From: Angustibacter luteus | Lineage (GTDB): Bacteria; Actinomycetota; Actinomycetes; Actinomycetales; Angustibacteraceae | Direction: 5' to 3' | Length of the DNA stretch: 64,000 nucleotides | Assembly: GCF_039541115.1 (NCBI RefSeq) | Contig: NZ_BAABFP010000007.1 | Coordinates: forward strand, 248,001-312,000 | Shown here: positions 46,776 to 57,620 of the stretch, one piece after another | Layout: each line of letters starts with the position of its first letter | Position numbering within the stretch: position 1 is the stretch's first letter | Notes under the pieces: model-generated | Seen by the model: the letters and a program-made list of their open reading frames with translations, nothing else | What the model was told of the DNA's origin: nothing | The model's database searches: none | Position numbers and translations under genes: made by a program

Positions 46776-48665
46776 ATGTCGTCCAGCAGCCACGTCCCTG
46801 ATCCCGCGGCCGAGACCTCCGGCGCGGCCGCCTTGCGTCGGCGCACCGTGCTCGGTGGGGGTGCGGCCGCCGGGGTGCTGGCCGCGTCCGCGCTGACCGC
46901 GGAGCCGGCCTCGGCGGGTGGGCCCGGCCACGGTCACGGCCACCCGTCGTCCGCGACGGCCAGGCTGACCATCCTGGGCACGACGGACCTGCACGGCAAC
47001 GGGCTGAACTGGGACTACTTCAAGGACGCCGAGTACGACGACGCCAAGCACGACGACATCGGGCTGGCCAAGATCTCGACGTTGGTGACCCAGCAGCGGG
47101 CCGACGCACGCGGCCGCCAGACGCTGCTGCTGGACGCGGGGGACACCATCCAGGGGACCCCGCTGGCCTACTACTTCGCCAAGATCGAGCCGATCACTGG
47201 CGGGCACGTGCACCCGATGGCCGCCGCGATGAACCGCATCGGGTACGACGCCGCCGCCCTGGGCAACCACGAGTTCAACTACGGGCTCGACGTCCTGCAC
47301 ACGTTCCAGCGCCAGCTGCGCTTCCCGCTGCTCGGCGCCAACGCCGTGGACGCCCGCACCGGGCAGCCCGCCTTCCCGCCGTTCGCGATCAAGCGCGTCC
47401 GGGTGGCCCGTGGGCGCACGGTCAAGGTCGGCATCCTCGGGCTGACCAACCCCGGCATCGCGATCTGGGACAAGGCGAACGTCGAGGGAAAGCTCGCCTT
47501 CCCGGGTCTCGTGGAGCAGGCCAAGATCTGGGTGCCCCGGCTGCGCAAGATGGGAGCGGACGTCGTCGTGGTCGCTGCGCACAGCGGCGCCGACACCTCG
47601 TCCTCGTACGGCGACGCGCTGCCGTACCCCGAGAACGCGTCCACCCTGGTGGCCGAGCAGGTCCCCGGCATCGACGCCATCCTGGTGGGGCACGCACACG
47701 TCGAGATCCCGGAGCGGCTGGTCACCAACAAGGTGACCGGCCAGCAGGTCGTGCTCACCGAGCCGATGATGTGGGGCAAGCGGCTGAGCGTCATCGACAT
47801 CGACCTGGAGTGGAAGCGCGGTCGCTGGTCCGTCGTGGCGCGGCACTCCAAGGTGCTGCCGAGCAGCGCGGTCGAGCCCGACCCGGCCATCGTCGCGCTA
47901 CTCACCCGGGACCACGAGAAGGTCCGCACCTACGTCAACTCGGTGGTCGCGCAGAACGTCACGGCCATGTCGGCGGAGACCGCGCGGTACGAGGACGTCG
48001 CGGCGATCGACTTCATCAACCTGGTGCAGGCCGAGACCGTCAAGGCCGCCCTGGCCGGGACGCCGCAGGCCGACCTGCCCGTGCTGTCCATCGCGGCGCC
48101 GTTCAACCGCGCGGCCGCCATCCCGGCGGGCGACGTGACGGTCCGCGACGTCGCCGGTCTCTACATCTACGACAACACGCTGCTCGGCGTCACCATGACG
48201 GGCGCCGAGATCAAGGACTACCTGGAGTACTCGGCCCGGTACTTCAAGGCGCAGACCAGCGCCGGTCCGGTGGCCGCCGACTCCGTGACGAACGCCGTCA
48301 CGACCGAGGCGCCCAACGGCACGCCGGACTACAACTACGACGTGATGGGCGGGCTCGACGCGGCACTCACCTACGACATCGACCTCGCCCAGCCCGTGGG
48401 GTCGCGGATCGTGGGTCTCGCCTACGCCGGCAGCCCGGTGACGGCGTCCCAGCAGTTCGTCATCGCCATCAACAACTACCGGCAGTCCGGTGGCGGCAAC
48501 TTCCCGCACACCACGACCGCGCCGGTCGTCTACAACCGCCAGCTCGAGATCCGCCAGCTGCTCATCGACTGGGCGACGGCGAAGGGCACGATCGACTCGG
48601 CGGCCTTCGCGTCGGTGGACTGGCGGCTCGTGGTCGGCGGCACCCCGATGACCATCACGCCCTGA
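46776..48665 (+). CDS. Tat-exported 2',3'-cyclic-nucleotide phosphodiesterase / 5'-nucleotidase (CpdB-like)
   Basis: LRRRTVL Tat motif; TTDLHG, DAGDTIQG, GNHEFNYG, GHAH, LYIYDN, NNYR. Confidence 0.92.
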   Translation: MSSSSHVPDPAAETSGAAALRRRTVLGGGAAAGVLAASALTAEPASAGGPGHGHGHPSSATARLTILGTTDLHGNGLNWDYFKDAEYDDAKHDDIGLAKISTLVTQQRADARGRQTLLLDAGDTIQGTPLAYYFAKIEPITGGHVHPMAAAMNRIGYDAAALGNHEFNYGLDVLHTFQRQLRFPLLGANAVDARTGQPAFPPFAIKRVRVARGRTVKVGILGLTNPGIAIWDKANVEGKLAFPGLVEQAKIWVPRLRKMGADVVVVAAHSGADTSSSYGDALPYPENASTLVAEQVPGIDAILVGHAHVEIPERLVTNKVTGQQVVLTEPMMWGKRLSVIDIDLEWKRGRWSVVARHSKVLPSSAVEPDPAIVALLTRDHEKVRTYVNSVVAQNVTAMSAETARYEDVAAIDFINLVQAETVKAALAGTPQADLPVLSIAAPFNRAAAIPAGDVTVRDVAGLYIYDNTLLGVTMTGAEIKDYLEYSARYFKAQTSAGPVAADSVTNAVTTEAPNGTPDYNYDVMGGLDAALTYDIDLAQPVGSRIVGLAYAGSPVTASQQFVIAINNYRQSGGGNFPHTTTAPVVYNRQLEIRQLLIDWATAKGTIDSAAFASVDWRLVVGGTPMTITP

Positions 48666-48682
48666 CCGTCACGCCCTGACGA

Positions 48683-49288
48683 TTACGTCCTGAGGACGGG
48701 TTCGCCGACCAGGCTCACCCCGGCCGCGTCCAGCTCGGCGAGGGCGCGGCCGGTGGTGCCGGCGGCGACCCCCGCCGTGAGGGCGAGCAGCACCCGGGTC
48801 TCGAAGCCCTCGGCCACGGCGTCGAGCGCGGTGGCGCGCACGCAGTGGTCGGTGGCGAGGCCCACCACGTCGACGGTGCGGGCGCCGCGCTCGCGCAGCC
48901 ACTGCGCCAGCCCGACCTGACCGCCGCCGGCGCGGTTCGCCGTCCCCTCGAAGCCCGAGTAGGCGGCAGCGTGCGCACCCTTGCGGAACCGCGCGTCCAG
49001 GTGCTCGGGCTGAAGCGCCGCGTGCAGATCGGCGCCGTGCGTGTCGGCCGTGCAGTGCCGCGGCCAGGTGTCCACGAAGTCGGGGTCGTCGCTGAAGTGC
49101 GCCCCGGGGTCCACGTGCCAGTCCTGGGTCGCGACCACCAGCCGGTAGTCCTTGCGCCGCACCAGCTCTGCGACCGCGTGCGCCACGTCCGAGCCGCCCG
49201 CCACCGCCAGCGAGCCGCCCTCGCAGAAGTCGTTCTGGACGTCCACCACGATCAGCGCGTCGGCCACGTGGCTGGCTGAGTCGGTCAT
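48683..49288 (-). CDS. pncA: Nicotinamidase/pyrazinamidase
   Basis: [24 protein letters not shown]...[14 protein letters not shown]. Confidence 0.93.
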   Translation of the reverse strand: MTDSASHVADALIVVDVQNDFCEGGSLAVAGGSDVAHAVAELVRRKDYRLVVATQDWHVDPGAHFSDDPDFVDTWPRHCTADTHGADLHAALQPEHLDARFRKGAHAAAYSGFEGTANRAGGGQVGLAQWLRERGARTVDVVGLATDHCVRATALDAVAEGFETRVLLALTAGVAAGTTGRALAELDAAGVSLVGEPVLRT

Positions 49289-50580
49289 CGGTGCTCCTCG
49301 TAGACGGTGGGCAGGCACGGCTCGCCCCGGGAGAGCTGGGTCGCCTGGTCCGGGAGGGCGGCTCGGGCCTTCGCGTGCCGCTCGCGGGCGTCGTCCAGGG
49401 GTTCGCGCCCGACCACCTCACCGGCCCGCACCAGCTCGACGAGCAGCTCGCGCTCGCCGGGTGCGGGCGCTCGGCCCGGCCCGACCCCGACCAGCTCGGC
49501 GACGTCCGTGCCGTCCGGTCCGCTGCGCCGCATCGCCCACTTGCGCCCCGCGACCCCGACCTTGTCCGCGCTGTTCTTCGCGACGCCGACGAGCCGGCCG
49601 TCGGCCCCCTCGCGGGCGGCCATCTTGTAGACCAGCCCGGCCGTCGGCGCGCCCGACCCGGTGACCAGGCTGGTGCCCACGCCGTAGCCGTCGACCGGCG
49701 CTGCCGCCAGTGCCGCGATCGCGTGCTCGTCCAGGTCGCTGGTCACCAGGATGCGCGTCGCGGTGGCGCCGAGTTCGTCCAGCAGACGCCGGACCTGGTG
49801 GGCCTGCACCAGCAGGTCCCCGGAGTCCAGCCGGACGGCGCCCAGACCCGGCCCGGCCACCCGCACCGCGGTGCGCACCGCCACCTCGACGTCATAGGTG
49901 TCGACGAGCAGCGTCGTCCCGGCGCCGAGGCTCGCCACCTGGGCGGCGAACGCGGCCTCCTCGTCGTCGTGCAGCAAGGTGAAGGCGTGCGCGGCGGTGC
50001 CCGCGGTCGGGATCGGGTACCGGCGTCCGGCCTCCAGGTTGCTGGTGCTGGCGAACCCCGCCACGTACGCCGCCCGCGCCGCCGCCACCGCGGCCTGCTC
50101 GTGGGTGCGCCGCGAGCCCATCTCGATGCACGGCCGGGCGCCGGCGGCGGCCGTCATCCGGCTGGCCGCCGCAGCGACCGCGCAGTCGTGGTTGAGCACG
50201 CTCAGGGCCAGGGTCTCGAGCAGCACCGCCTCGGCGAACGTCCCCTCGACGACCAGCAGGGGCGACCCCGGCACGTAGCACTCGCCCTCGGCGTACCCCC
50301 AGATCGACCCGGTGAACCGCCAGTCGCGCAGGACGGCCAGCGTCGCGTCGTCCACCACCGCGTCCAGCGCGGCGAGCTCGTCGTCAGTGAAGGCGAAGGC
50401 CTCCAGCGCGTCCAGCAGCCGACCGGTGCCGGCCACCACGCCGTACCGGCGGCCGGGCGGCAGCCGCCGGGCGAACACCTCGAACACGCACCGGCGGCCG
50501 GCCGTCCCGCCGCGCAGCGCGGCCTGGAGCATGGTCAGCTCGTAGTGGTCCGTGAGCAGTGCCGTGCTGGGCCGGTTCAC
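49285..50580 (-). CDS. pncB: Nicotinate phosphoribosyltransferase
   Basis: [44 protein letters not shown]. Confidence 0.95.
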   Translation of the reverse strand: MNRPSTALLTDHYELTMLQAALRGGTAGRRCVFEVFARRLPPGRRYGVVAGTGRLLDALEAFAFTDDELAALDAVVDDATLAVLRDWRFTGSIWGYAEGECYVPGSPLLVVEGTFAEAVLLETLALSVLNHDCAVAAAASRMTAAAGARPCIEMGSRRTHEQAAVAAARAAYVAGFASTSNLEAGRRYPIPTAGTAAHAFTLLHDDEEAAFAAQVASLGAGTTLLVDTYDVEVAVRTAVRVAGPGLGAVRLDSGDLLVQAHQVRRLLDELGATATRILVTSDLDEHAIAALAAAPVDGYGVGTSLVTGSGAPTAGLVYKMAAREGADGRLVGVAKNSADKVGVAGRKWAMRRSGPDGTDVAELVGVGPGRAPAPGERELLVELVRAGEVVGREPLDDARERHAKARAALPDQATQLSRGEPCLPTVYEEHR

Positions 50581-50655
50581 CCGACCGAGCGTAGACGGGC
50601 AGGGCGTGAGCCCGCGCGGGCGACCGGACCGCCCCGGGGTGCCTACAGTGGACGG

Positions 50656-50946
50656 GTGGTCACGTCGCCGGTCGAGCTGGACGAGCCGCGGTCGGCCGAG
50701 GAGGTCGATGTCGCGAGCCCGTGGGTCACCCTCGTCTGGAACGACCCGGTCAACCTGATGTCCTACGTGACGTACGTCTTCCAGTCCTACTTCGGCTACA
50801 GCAGGGCCAAGGCCGAGTCGCTGATGCTGGACGTGCACCAGAAGGGCCGGGCCGCCGTGGCGCACGGGGACCGCGAGGGCATGGAGCGGCACGTCGAGGC
50901 GCTGCAGGGGTACGGGCTGTGGGCGACCATGCAGAAGGACGACTAG
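50656..50946 (+). CDS. clpS: ATP-dependent Clp protease adaptor ClpS
   Basis: [28 protein letters not shown]. Confidence 0.93.
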   Translation: MVTSPVELDEPRSAEEVDVASPWVTLVWNDPVNLMSYVTYVFQSYFGYSRAKAESLMLDVHQKGRAAVAHGDREGMERHVEALQGYGLWATMQKDD

Positions 50947-51578
50947 TGGCACGAGGCTTCAAACGGTCCAGGCGGGGCATCCGGGCGCGGCTGGACGACG
51001 GTGAGCGCGGGCTGCTCGCGCACCTGTTCGTCGAGGTGCACGAGATGCTGGACGACGAGACCTCCGCGGACGACGACCCGCTGGCGGTCCTGGTCGGCAT
51101 CGGCACTGCCGTCGACCTGCCCGGCGACCCCGCCGTGGCGCGGTTGCTGCCGGACGCCCACCGCGACGACCCGGACGCCTCCGCCGAGTTCCGCCGCTAC
51201 ACCGAGGCCGGGCTGCGCGAGCGCAAGCGGACCGGGCTGGAGGTCGCGCGCCGCAGCCTCGGCCGCGACGGAGCCACCCTGGTGCTGGACGAGGACGAGG
51301 CGCAGGCCTGGGTGGTGGCGCTGACCGACGTCCGGCTGGTGCTGGCCTCGCGGATGGGCCTGGAGGTCGACGAGGACCACGAACGGCTCGAGGCGCTCGC
51401 CGCCGCCGAGCTGGCTGCCGAGGCGCAAGGCGTGCCGGCGCAGGACGGGGACGGTGACGGTGATGGTGACGTGCCGCCGTCCAGCGGGCTCGCCTGGGTG
51501 CTCGCGGTCTACGACTTCCTCACCTGGCTGCAGGAGAGCCTGGTCGAGGCCCTGCTCGAACCCCTGCCGCACGACTGA
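50946..51578 (+). CDS. DUF2017 family (AosR-like) protein
   Basis: DPAVARLLPDA, EFRRYTE..L, W..ALTDVRLVL, VYDFLTWLQESLV; follows clpS. Confidence 0.88.
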   Translation: MARGFKRSRRGIRARLDDGERGLLAHLFVEVHEMLDDETSADDDPLAVLVGIGTAVDLPGDPAVARLLPDAHRDDPDASAEFRRYTEAGLRERKRTGLEVARRSLGRDGATLVLDEDEAQAWVVALTDVRLVLASRMGLEVDEDHERLEALAAAELAAEAQGVPAQDGDGDGDGDVPPSSGLAWVLAVYDFLTWLQESLVEALLEPLPHD

Positions 51579-51605
51579 CCCCCACCCCGCGCCCGTCCCC
51601 TACCC

Positions 51606-51651
51606 GATCGTGGCAACCGCGCATCGCGGGTGATGCGAGGGTGCCACGATC
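51606..51651. repeat. 46-bp GATC-bounded palindromic repeat, copy 2 (overlaps the stop codon of the AbiEi/DUF559-like gene)
   Basis: gatcgtggcaaccgcgcatc-gcgggt-gatgcgagggtgccacgatc. Confidence 0.92.
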
Positions 51652-52612
51652 ACGCCGGTTGCGCGGCCCTGACGAGGCACGTCGACGAGCACGGCCTGAG
51701 CCGTCCCGTCCAGCCCCGGCGGCGGAGCACCGCGGCGACCTCCAGCGCGGTCGAGCAGCTGGCACCGGCGACGGCCGGCCAGCCGTACCGCAAGGTGGCA
51801 TCGCCGTGCAGCGTCGCGGCGTTGTCGCGCCCGTGGTCGCGGTGGCTGCCGTCGGCGGGGTGGTAGGCCAGCCCCTCCAGCTCGACCCGCGTCCGCCACC
51901 GGCGATACCGCACGTCCGCGTAGCGGTTGACGCCCCGCACCACCTGCCGGCTGTTCCGCTCGCTCGGCGGCAGGCCGTGCGCCCGTTCGACGTCGCGGAC
52001 GTAGCGTCGCTCGAGAGCCGAGGCCACCCCCGCCCGGACGTCGTCGAGCACCTCGCGCACGAGCTGGCGGTGGCGCAGGCGGGACCGCCGGGCTGCCGCA
52101 GCGCCCAGGCGGGCCGGAGTGGTCAGACGACGTTGGCAGGCTCGGGTCAACCAGCCGACGACGGCGTCCGGCCTGCCGACCAGCTCGGTCAGGTCGAGCA
52201 CGGTGTCCTCAACCGTCGTCACCGGTATCGAGCCCGCGGCGCTGGCGATGCTCGCGAACCGACGGCGCCGCCGGATGCGCAGCCCGTCCTGCCGGGTGGT
52301 CCGGTGCGGTGCGAAGACGCACACCTCGACGAGCTCGGGTTCGTCGTCCACGAGGCCCTGCAGGTAGGCCGCCGTGCGGTGGCTCGCCACGGCTGGCGTC
52401 CCGGCGTGCAGCAGGCCGGCCCAGACCCGGCTCCGAAAGGTGACCGGTCCGGTGTGCGTGACATACACGCCGGGGAACACCCGGCGCCAGCGGGCACTGC
52501 GCAGCTGGTGGCCGATCCAGCCCCGACCGAGACCGGCTCCGACCGCCTGAGCGTGCGACACCACGCCGTGCTGCTGCTCGACCAGGTCGTCCAGCAGGCT
52601 CGGTGAAGGCAC
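51650..52612 (-). CDS. AbiEi-like wHTH domain + DUF559/Vsr-like PD-(D/E)xK nuclease domain protein
   Basis: QQHGVVS..Q....GL...I...L....W.RVFPGVY; ASHRTAA.L.GL; TT.EDTVLDL; S.LE; YADVRY...VELEG.AYH...RD..RDN.....G...LRYGW. Confidence 0.8.
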   Translation of the reverse strand: MPSPSLLDDLVEQQHGVVSHAQAVGAGLGRGWIGHQLRSARWRRVFPGVYVTHTGPVTFRSRVWAGLLHAGTPAVASHRTAAYLQGLVDDEPELVEVCVFAPHRTTRQDGLRIRRRRRFASIASAAGSIPVTTVEDTVLDLTELVGRPDAVVGWLTRACQRRLTTPARLGAAAARRSRLRHRQLVREVLDDVRAGVASALERRYVRDVERAHGLPPSERNSRQVVRGVNRYADVRYRRWRTRVELEGLAYHPADGSHRDHGRDNAATLHGDATLRYGWPAVAGASCSTALEVAAVLRRRGWTGRLRPCSSTCLVRAAQPA

Positions 52613-52678
52613 CGCCCAAGCCTGCCGGTTTGCCGGCCGACCCTCCCTGGTTCATCCACAGGCCCGGGCACGGAACCC

Positions 52679-52724
52679 GATCGTGGCAACGTCGCATCGC
52701 CGGTGGTGCGACGTTGCCACGATC
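52679..52724. repeat. 46-bp GATC-bounded palindromic repeat, copy 3 (upstream of the AbiEi/DUF559-like gene)
   Basis: gatcgtggcaacgtcgcatc-gccggt-ggtgcgacgttgccacgatc; stem extends with accc/gggt. Confidence 0.92.
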
Positions 52725-52806
52725 GGGTGGTGGGGCGGGCGCGGCGTGGTGAGGCTCACGGTGCGGTGCGGCACGTCGGGCCGAGCCGAACCGTAGGCTC
52801 GTCACC

Positions 52807-53610
52807 GTGGCAGACGCTCCCATCGGCATCTTCGACTCCGGCTACGGCGGCCTCACGGTCGCGCGCGCCGTCCTCGACCAGCTGCCGCACGAGCCGGTCC
52901 TCTACATGGGCGACACGGCCCGTCAGCCCTACGGTCCGCGGCCGATCGCCCAGGTGCGCGAGTACGCCATCGAGTGCCTGGACCAGCTCGTCGACCAGGG
53001 CGTGAAGCTGCTGGTCATCGCCTGCAACAGTGCGAGCGCGGCCGTCCTCGGCGACGCCCGGGAGCGGTACGGCGTCCCGGTCGTCGAGGTCATCCGGCCG
53101 GCCGTGCGGCGGGCGGCGGCGGCCACCCGGAACCGCCACGTCGGGGTCATCTGCACCCAGGCCACGAAGACCTCGGGCGCGTACGAGGACGCCTTCGCGG
53201 CGGCACCGCACCTGCGGGTCACCACCCAGGCCTGCCCGCGCTTCGTGGACTTCGTCGAGGACGGCGTGACCAGCGGGCCCGAGCTGCTCGCCGCCGCGCA
53301 CGAGTACCTCGACCCGGTAGTGGCCGCCGGCGTGGACACGCTGATCCTCGGCTGCACGCACTACCCGCTGCTGACGGGCGTCATCTCCTACGTCGTCGGC
53401 GACCTGGTGACCCTGGTGAGCAGCGCGGAGGAGACGGCGAAGGACGTCTACCGCCAGCTCGTCGAGCACGACCTGGTCCGCCCGGACGGCCTGCCCGCAC
53501 CGCAGCACCGGTTCGAGACCACCGGGGACCCCAAGGCGTTCGCCGAGCTCGGACGACGCTTCCTGGGTCCCGAGGTCTCGCCGGCCCAGCTGGTGGGGGA
53601 CGCCCGATGA
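52807..53610 (+). CDS. murI: Glutamate racemase
   Basis: [33 protein letters not shown]. Confidence 0.97.
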   Translation: MADAPIGIFDSGYGGLTVARAVLDQLPHEPVLYMGDTARQPYGPRPIAQVREYAIECLDQLVDQGVKLLVIACNSASAAVLGDARERYGVPVVEVIRPAVRRAAAATRNRHVGVICTQATKTSGAYEDAFAAAPHLRVTTQACPRFVDFVEDGVTSGPELLAAAHEYLDPVVAAGVDTLILGCTHYPLLTGVISYVVGDLVTLVSSAEETAKDVYRQLVEHDLVRPDGLPAPQHRFETTGDPKAFAELGRRFLGPEVSPAQLVGDAR

Positions 53611-54404
53611 GGCTGACCGTGGTCGGCTGCTCGGGGTCGGTGCCGGGGCCGAGCTCCGCGGCGTCCTGCTACCTGTTGGAGGCCGACGGCGTCGGTCCGG
53701 ACGGCGCCCCCCGCACCTGGCGGGTGCTGCTGGACCTGGGCAGCGGGGCGCTGGGGTCGTTGCAGCAGTACGTCGACCCGATGTCCGTGGACGCGGTGCT
53801 GCTCAGCCACCTGCACGCCGACCACTGCCTGGACCTGTGCGGGCTGTACGTGATGCTCAGGCACTCGCCGGTCGGGGTGCAGCCGCGCCCGCGCATCCCG
53901 GTCTGGGGGCCGTCGGGCACGGCGGCGCGGCTGGCCGGCGCCTACGACCTGCCGACTGATCCCGGGATGTCGGCCGAGCTGGACGTGCAGGCCTGGTCGG
54001 ATGGCGAGCCGGTGCGGATCGGCCCGCTGGCCGTGACGCCGCTGCTGGTCAACCACCCGGTCGAGGCCTACGGGATGCGCATCGAGCACGACGGGTCGGT
54101 GCTCGCCTACACCGGTGACACCGATGCCTGCGACGCGCTGAAGCCGTTGTGCCACAGCGCCGACCTCGTGCTGGCCGACGCGGCCTTCGTGGACGGCCGG
54201 GACGAGGTCGAGGGCATCCACCTGTCCGGACGCCGGGCCGCCCAGGCCGCGCTGGACGCCGGGGGCGTGGGTCGGCTGGTGCTCACCCACCTGCCGCCGT
54301 GGAACGACCCGCAGGTCTGCCTGGCCCAGGCCCGTGAGGTCTGGGACGGTCCGCTCGAGGTCGCGACGCCGGGCGCCACCTACGTCGTCGGTGGCGCCGT
54401 CTAG
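53607..54404 (+). CDS. MBL-fold metallo-hydrolase (RNase Z/Rv1339-like)
   Basis: [38 protein letters not shown]; between murI and rph. Confidence 0.9.
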   Translation: MRLTVVGCSGSVPGPSSAASCYLLEADGVGPDGAPRTWRVLLDLGSGALGSLQQYVDPMSVDAVLLSHLHADHCLDLCGLYVMLRHSPVGVQPRPRIPVWGPSGTAARLAGAYDLPTDPGMSAELDVQAWSDGEPVRIGPLAVTPLLVNHPVEAYGMRIEHDGSVLAYTGDTDACDALKPLCHSADLVLADAAFVDGRDEVEGIHLSGRRAAQAALDAGGVGRLVLTHLPPWNDPQVCLAQAREVWDGPLEVATPGATYVVGGAV

Positions 54405-54414
54405 CCTGGACCGC

Positions 54415-55170
54415 ATGGCTCCCGAGACGCAGGACTCGGCCGCGCGCGTCGACGGCCGCACCCCCGACCAGCTCCGCCCGGTCACGATCACCCGCGGCTG
54501 GCTGGACCACGCCGAGGGCAGCGTGCTGGTCGAGTTCGGCAAGACCCGCGTGCTGTGCGCCGCGTCGTTCACGGCCGGCGTGCCGCGCTGGCGCAAGGGC
54601 AGCGGCCAGGGCTGGGTGACCGCGGAGTACGCGATGCTGCCGCGCGCCACGAACACCCGCAGCGACCGCGAGTCCGTCAAGGGCCGGATCGGTGGCCGCA
54701 CCCATGAGATCAGCCGCCTGGTCGGCCGCAGCCTGCGCGCGGTGATCGACACGAAGGCGTTGGGAGAGAACACGATCGTGCTGGACTGCGACGTGCTCCA
54801 GGCGGACGGCGGGACGCGCACGGCCGCGATCACCGGTGCCTACGTGGCGCTGGCCGACGCCATCGAGAACGCGCGGTCCCAGGGCCTGGTCGCCGCCAAC
54901 GCGCAGCCGCTGTCCGGCTCCGTCGCCGCGGTCAGCGTCGGCATCGTGGGCGGTCGGCCGCTGCTCGACCTCTGCTACGAGGAGGACGTCACCGCGGGGA
55001 CGGACATGAACGTCGTGATGACCGGGGACGGCCGCTACGTCGAGGTGCAGGGCACCGCCGAGGGCGAGGCCTTCGACCGCGCACTGCTGGACGGCCTGCT
55101 CGACCTGGCCGCCGTGGGGTGCACCGAGCTCACCGAGCTGCAGCGCGCGGCGCTGGCGGCCGGCACGTGA
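54415..55170 (+). CDS. rph: Ribonuclease PH
   Basis: [51 protein letters not shown]. Confidence 0.97.
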   Translation: MAPETQDSAARVDGRTPDQLRPVTITRGWLDHAEGSVLVEFGKTRVLCAASFTAGVPRWRKGSGQGWVTAEYAMLPRATNTRSDRESVKGRIGGRTHEISRLVGRSLRAVIDTKALGENTIVLDCDVLQADGGTRTAAITGAYVALADAIENARSQGLVAANAQPLSGSVAAVSVGIVGGRPLLDLCYEEDVTAGTDMNVVMTGDGRYVEVQGTAEGEAFDRALLDGLLDLAAVGCTELTELQRAALAAGT

Positions 55171-55859
55171 GCGTGCCGGACGGCGCGCGCCTGGTGCTGG
55201 CCACGCACAACCCGCACAAGGTCGTCGAGCTGCGCGAGATCATCGCGGACGTCGTCCGCGACCGGGGCATGGACGTCGACCTGGACCGTGCGGTCATCGG
55301 GGCCGGGGACGTCCCGGGGCTCGAGGAGCCGGTGGAGAACGGCGACTCGTTCGCGGCGAACGCGCTGATCAAGGCGCACGCGGTGAGTGCGGCGACCGGG
55401 CTGCCGGCGCTGGCCGACGACTCCGGCCTGGCCGTCGACATCCTCGGGGGCGCGCCGGGCATCTTCTCGGCCCGCTGGTCCGGCAAGCGGGCCGGCGGCG
55501 CCGACCGCGCCGCACCGGATCGAGCCGCGCAGGACCGCGCCAACGTCGACCTGCTGCTGGAGCAGCTGCACGACGTGCTCGACGAGCACCGCGCGGCCGG
55601 TTTCGTCTGCGCCGCGGCACTGGTCGGTCCGGACGGCCTCGAGCACGTCGAGCACGGCCACGTGCGCGGCACGCTCGGCCGCGAACCGCACGGGGACAAC
55701 GGCTTTGGCTACGACCCGATCCTGGTGATGGACGACGGTCGCACCCTCGCCGAGTACGCCAACGCGGAGAAGAACGCGATCAGCCACCGCGGACGGGCCC
55801 TGCGGGCGATCGCGCCGCGCCTGGTCGACCTGCTCGTCGCCGACGTCAGCAAGTCGTAA
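55167..55859 (+). CDS. rdgB: Non-canonical purine NTP pyrophosphatase (HAM1)
   Basis: [40 protein letters not shown]. Confidence 0.95.
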   Translation: MSVPDGARLVLATHNPHKVVELREIIADVVRDRGMDVDLDRAVIGAGDVPGLEEPVENGDSFAANALIKAHAVSAATGLPALADDSGLAVDILGGAPGIFSARWSGKRAGGADRAAPDRAAQDRANVDLLLEQLHDVLDEHRAAGFVCAAALVGPDGLEHVEHGHVRGTLGREPHGDNGFGYDPILVMDDGRTLAEYANAEKNAISHRGRALRAIAPRLVDLLVADVSKS

Positions 55860-55905
55860 TCCCGACGGCAGGGCAGGCCACGTCGGCTCGTGTGATGCTT
55901 GAAGG

Positions 55906-57537
55906 GTGAACGACAGCTCGAGCGGGACGGCCACGACGACGGCGCGACCGGCGACACAGCCGACGGGACGGCCGACCATCTGGTGGCCGGCGCTGGCCGG
56001 CATCGTCGCGGGCGCGCTCACGGTCTCGGTCGCGGAGCTGCTCGCGGCCCTGCTGGTGCGGTCCGGGCACAGCCAGGGCACGCCGTCCCCGGTCGTGGCC
56101 CTCGGCCAGGCGTTCATCGACCGCACCCCGCTGTGGCTCAAGAACCTCGCGGTCTCGACGTTCGGCACGCACGACAAGCAGGCGCTACTCACGGGCATCG
56201 CCGCGGTCGTGGTGGTGGTCGCGGCGGTGGCCGGGATCGTCGCCGCCCGGCACCGGGTGGCCGGCCTGCTGGTCGTGGTGGCGATGGCCGCCGTCGCCGG
56301 GTTCGCCGTGCTCAGCCGACCGAAGTCGTCCGGCACCGACCTGTTCCCGCTCGTGATCGGCACCGTGGTCGGACTGTTCGCCCTCAGCAAGCTGCTCGAC
56401 CGCTGGGCGCGGAGCGACCTGGCCCGAGCCGACGATCCCGCCGACACCCCCAGCACGCGCATCGACGGCGACCTGGCCCGGCGCTCCTTCCTGCGGGCGC
56501 TGGCCGGCGGCGGCGCGTTCGCCGTGCTGGCCGGGGTGGGCGCCCAGGTGATCGCGCACGCCAGTCGCGCCGTCCAGGCCAGCCGGGCGGCCCTCGCGCT
56601 CCCGGCGCCGACCGGCGCCACCCCCACCCCGGCCCAGCTGGCCGGTCTCGACGTGCCCGGACTGAGCCCTATGGTCACCCCGCCCGAGGACTTCTACCGG
56701 ATCGACACCGCGCTCTCGGTGCCCCAGCTGTCCACCCAGGACTGGCACCTGCGCGTGCACGGCATGGTGGAGCACGAGATCCGGATGACGTTCGCGGACC
56801 TGCTCGCGCTGCCGATGATCGAGCGCCAGACCACGCTGACCTGCGTGTCCAACGAGGTGGGCGGCGACCTGATCGGCAACCAGGTCTGGCTCGGCCACCC
56901 GATCCGGGAGCTGCTGGCCCGCGCCCAGCCGACCCAGGACGCCGACATGGTGCTGTCCACCAGCATCGACGGCTTCACCGCGGGCACCCCGCTGGAGGCG
57001 CTCACGGACGACCACCGGGACGCACTGCTGGCCGTGGCCATGGGCGGCGAGCCGTTGCCGGTCGAGCACGGCTTCCCGGTGCGCATGGTGGTGCCGGGGC
57101 TGTACGGGTACGTGTCCGCGACCAAGTGGGTCGTCGACCTGGAGGTCACCCGGTTCGACCAGGCCGAGGGCTACTGGACGCCGCGCGGCTGGAGCGCCTT
57201 GGGCCCGATCAAGACCGGGTCGCGGATCGACGTCCCACGCGGCAAGGCGAAGGCCGGCAAGGTCGCGGTGGCCGGGGTCGCCTGGGCGCAGCACCGTGGG
57301 ATCGAGCGGGTCGAGGTGCGGGTCGACGAGGGCGCCTGGGCACCGGCCCGGCTGGGCGACGGTGGCACCGCGGACACCTGGAAGCAGTGGGTCTACGAGT
57401 GGGACGCCAGCCCCGGCAAGCACACCCTGCAGGTGCGGGCCACGGACGCCCAGGACGACGTCCAGACCGGCGACGAGGCCACCCCGGCCCCGAACGGCGC
57501 CACGGGCTGGCACACCGTCAGCGTCACCATCACCTGA
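55906..57537 (+). CDS. Membrane-anchored molybdopterin oxidoreductase, sulfite oxidase family (paralog 1)
   Basis: N-terminal TMs, internal RRSFL, FYRIDTAL, LTCVSNEVGG, HGFPVRMVVPGLYGYVSATKW, GYW..RGW. Confidence 0.9.
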   Translation: MNDSSSGTATTTARPATQPTGRPTIWWPALAGIVAGALTVSVAELLAALLVRSGHSQGTPSPVVALGQAFIDRTPLWLKNLAVSTFGTHDKQALLTGIAAVVVVVAAVAGIVAARHRVAGLLVVVAMAAVAGFAVLSRPKSSGTDLFPLVIGTVVGLFALSKLLDRWARSDLARADDPADTPSTRIDGDLARRSFLRALAGGGAFAVLAGVGAQVIAHASRAVQASRAALALPAPTGATPTPAQLAGLDVPGLSPMVTPPEDFYRIDTALSVPQLSTQDWHLRVHGMVEHEIRMTFADLLALPMIERQTTLTCVSNEVGGDLIGNQVWLGHPIRELLARAQPTQDADMVLSTSIDGFTAGTPLEALTDDHRDALLAVAMGGEPLPVEHGFPVRMVVPGLYGYVSATKWVVDLEVTRFDQAEGYWTPRGWSALGPIKTGSRIDVPRGKAKAGKVAVAGVAWAQHRGIERVEVRVDEGAWAPARLGDGGTADTWKQWVYEWDASPGKHTLQVRATDAQDDVQTGDEATPAPNGATGWHTVSVTIT

Positions 57538-57620
57538 CCGGGGACGTATCCAGCGGCTCGTCCGCGCGCTCTTCCTAGGGGATGCCGCCTACTCCGGGCG
57601 GCGACCTGGGGGGAATCACC

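Noticed and set aside
51606..52724. Classical IS element with terminal inverted repeats, or a complete type IV TA module
   Set aside because: No DDE/HUH/serine/tyrosine recombinase motifs, each end is itself a full palindrome, and no AbiEii toxin is adjacent.
55503..55541. [13 protein letters not shown] micro-repeat in rdgB (also DGDGDGD in DUF2017)
   Set aside because: Short in-frame slippage in loop regions; no functional implication evident.
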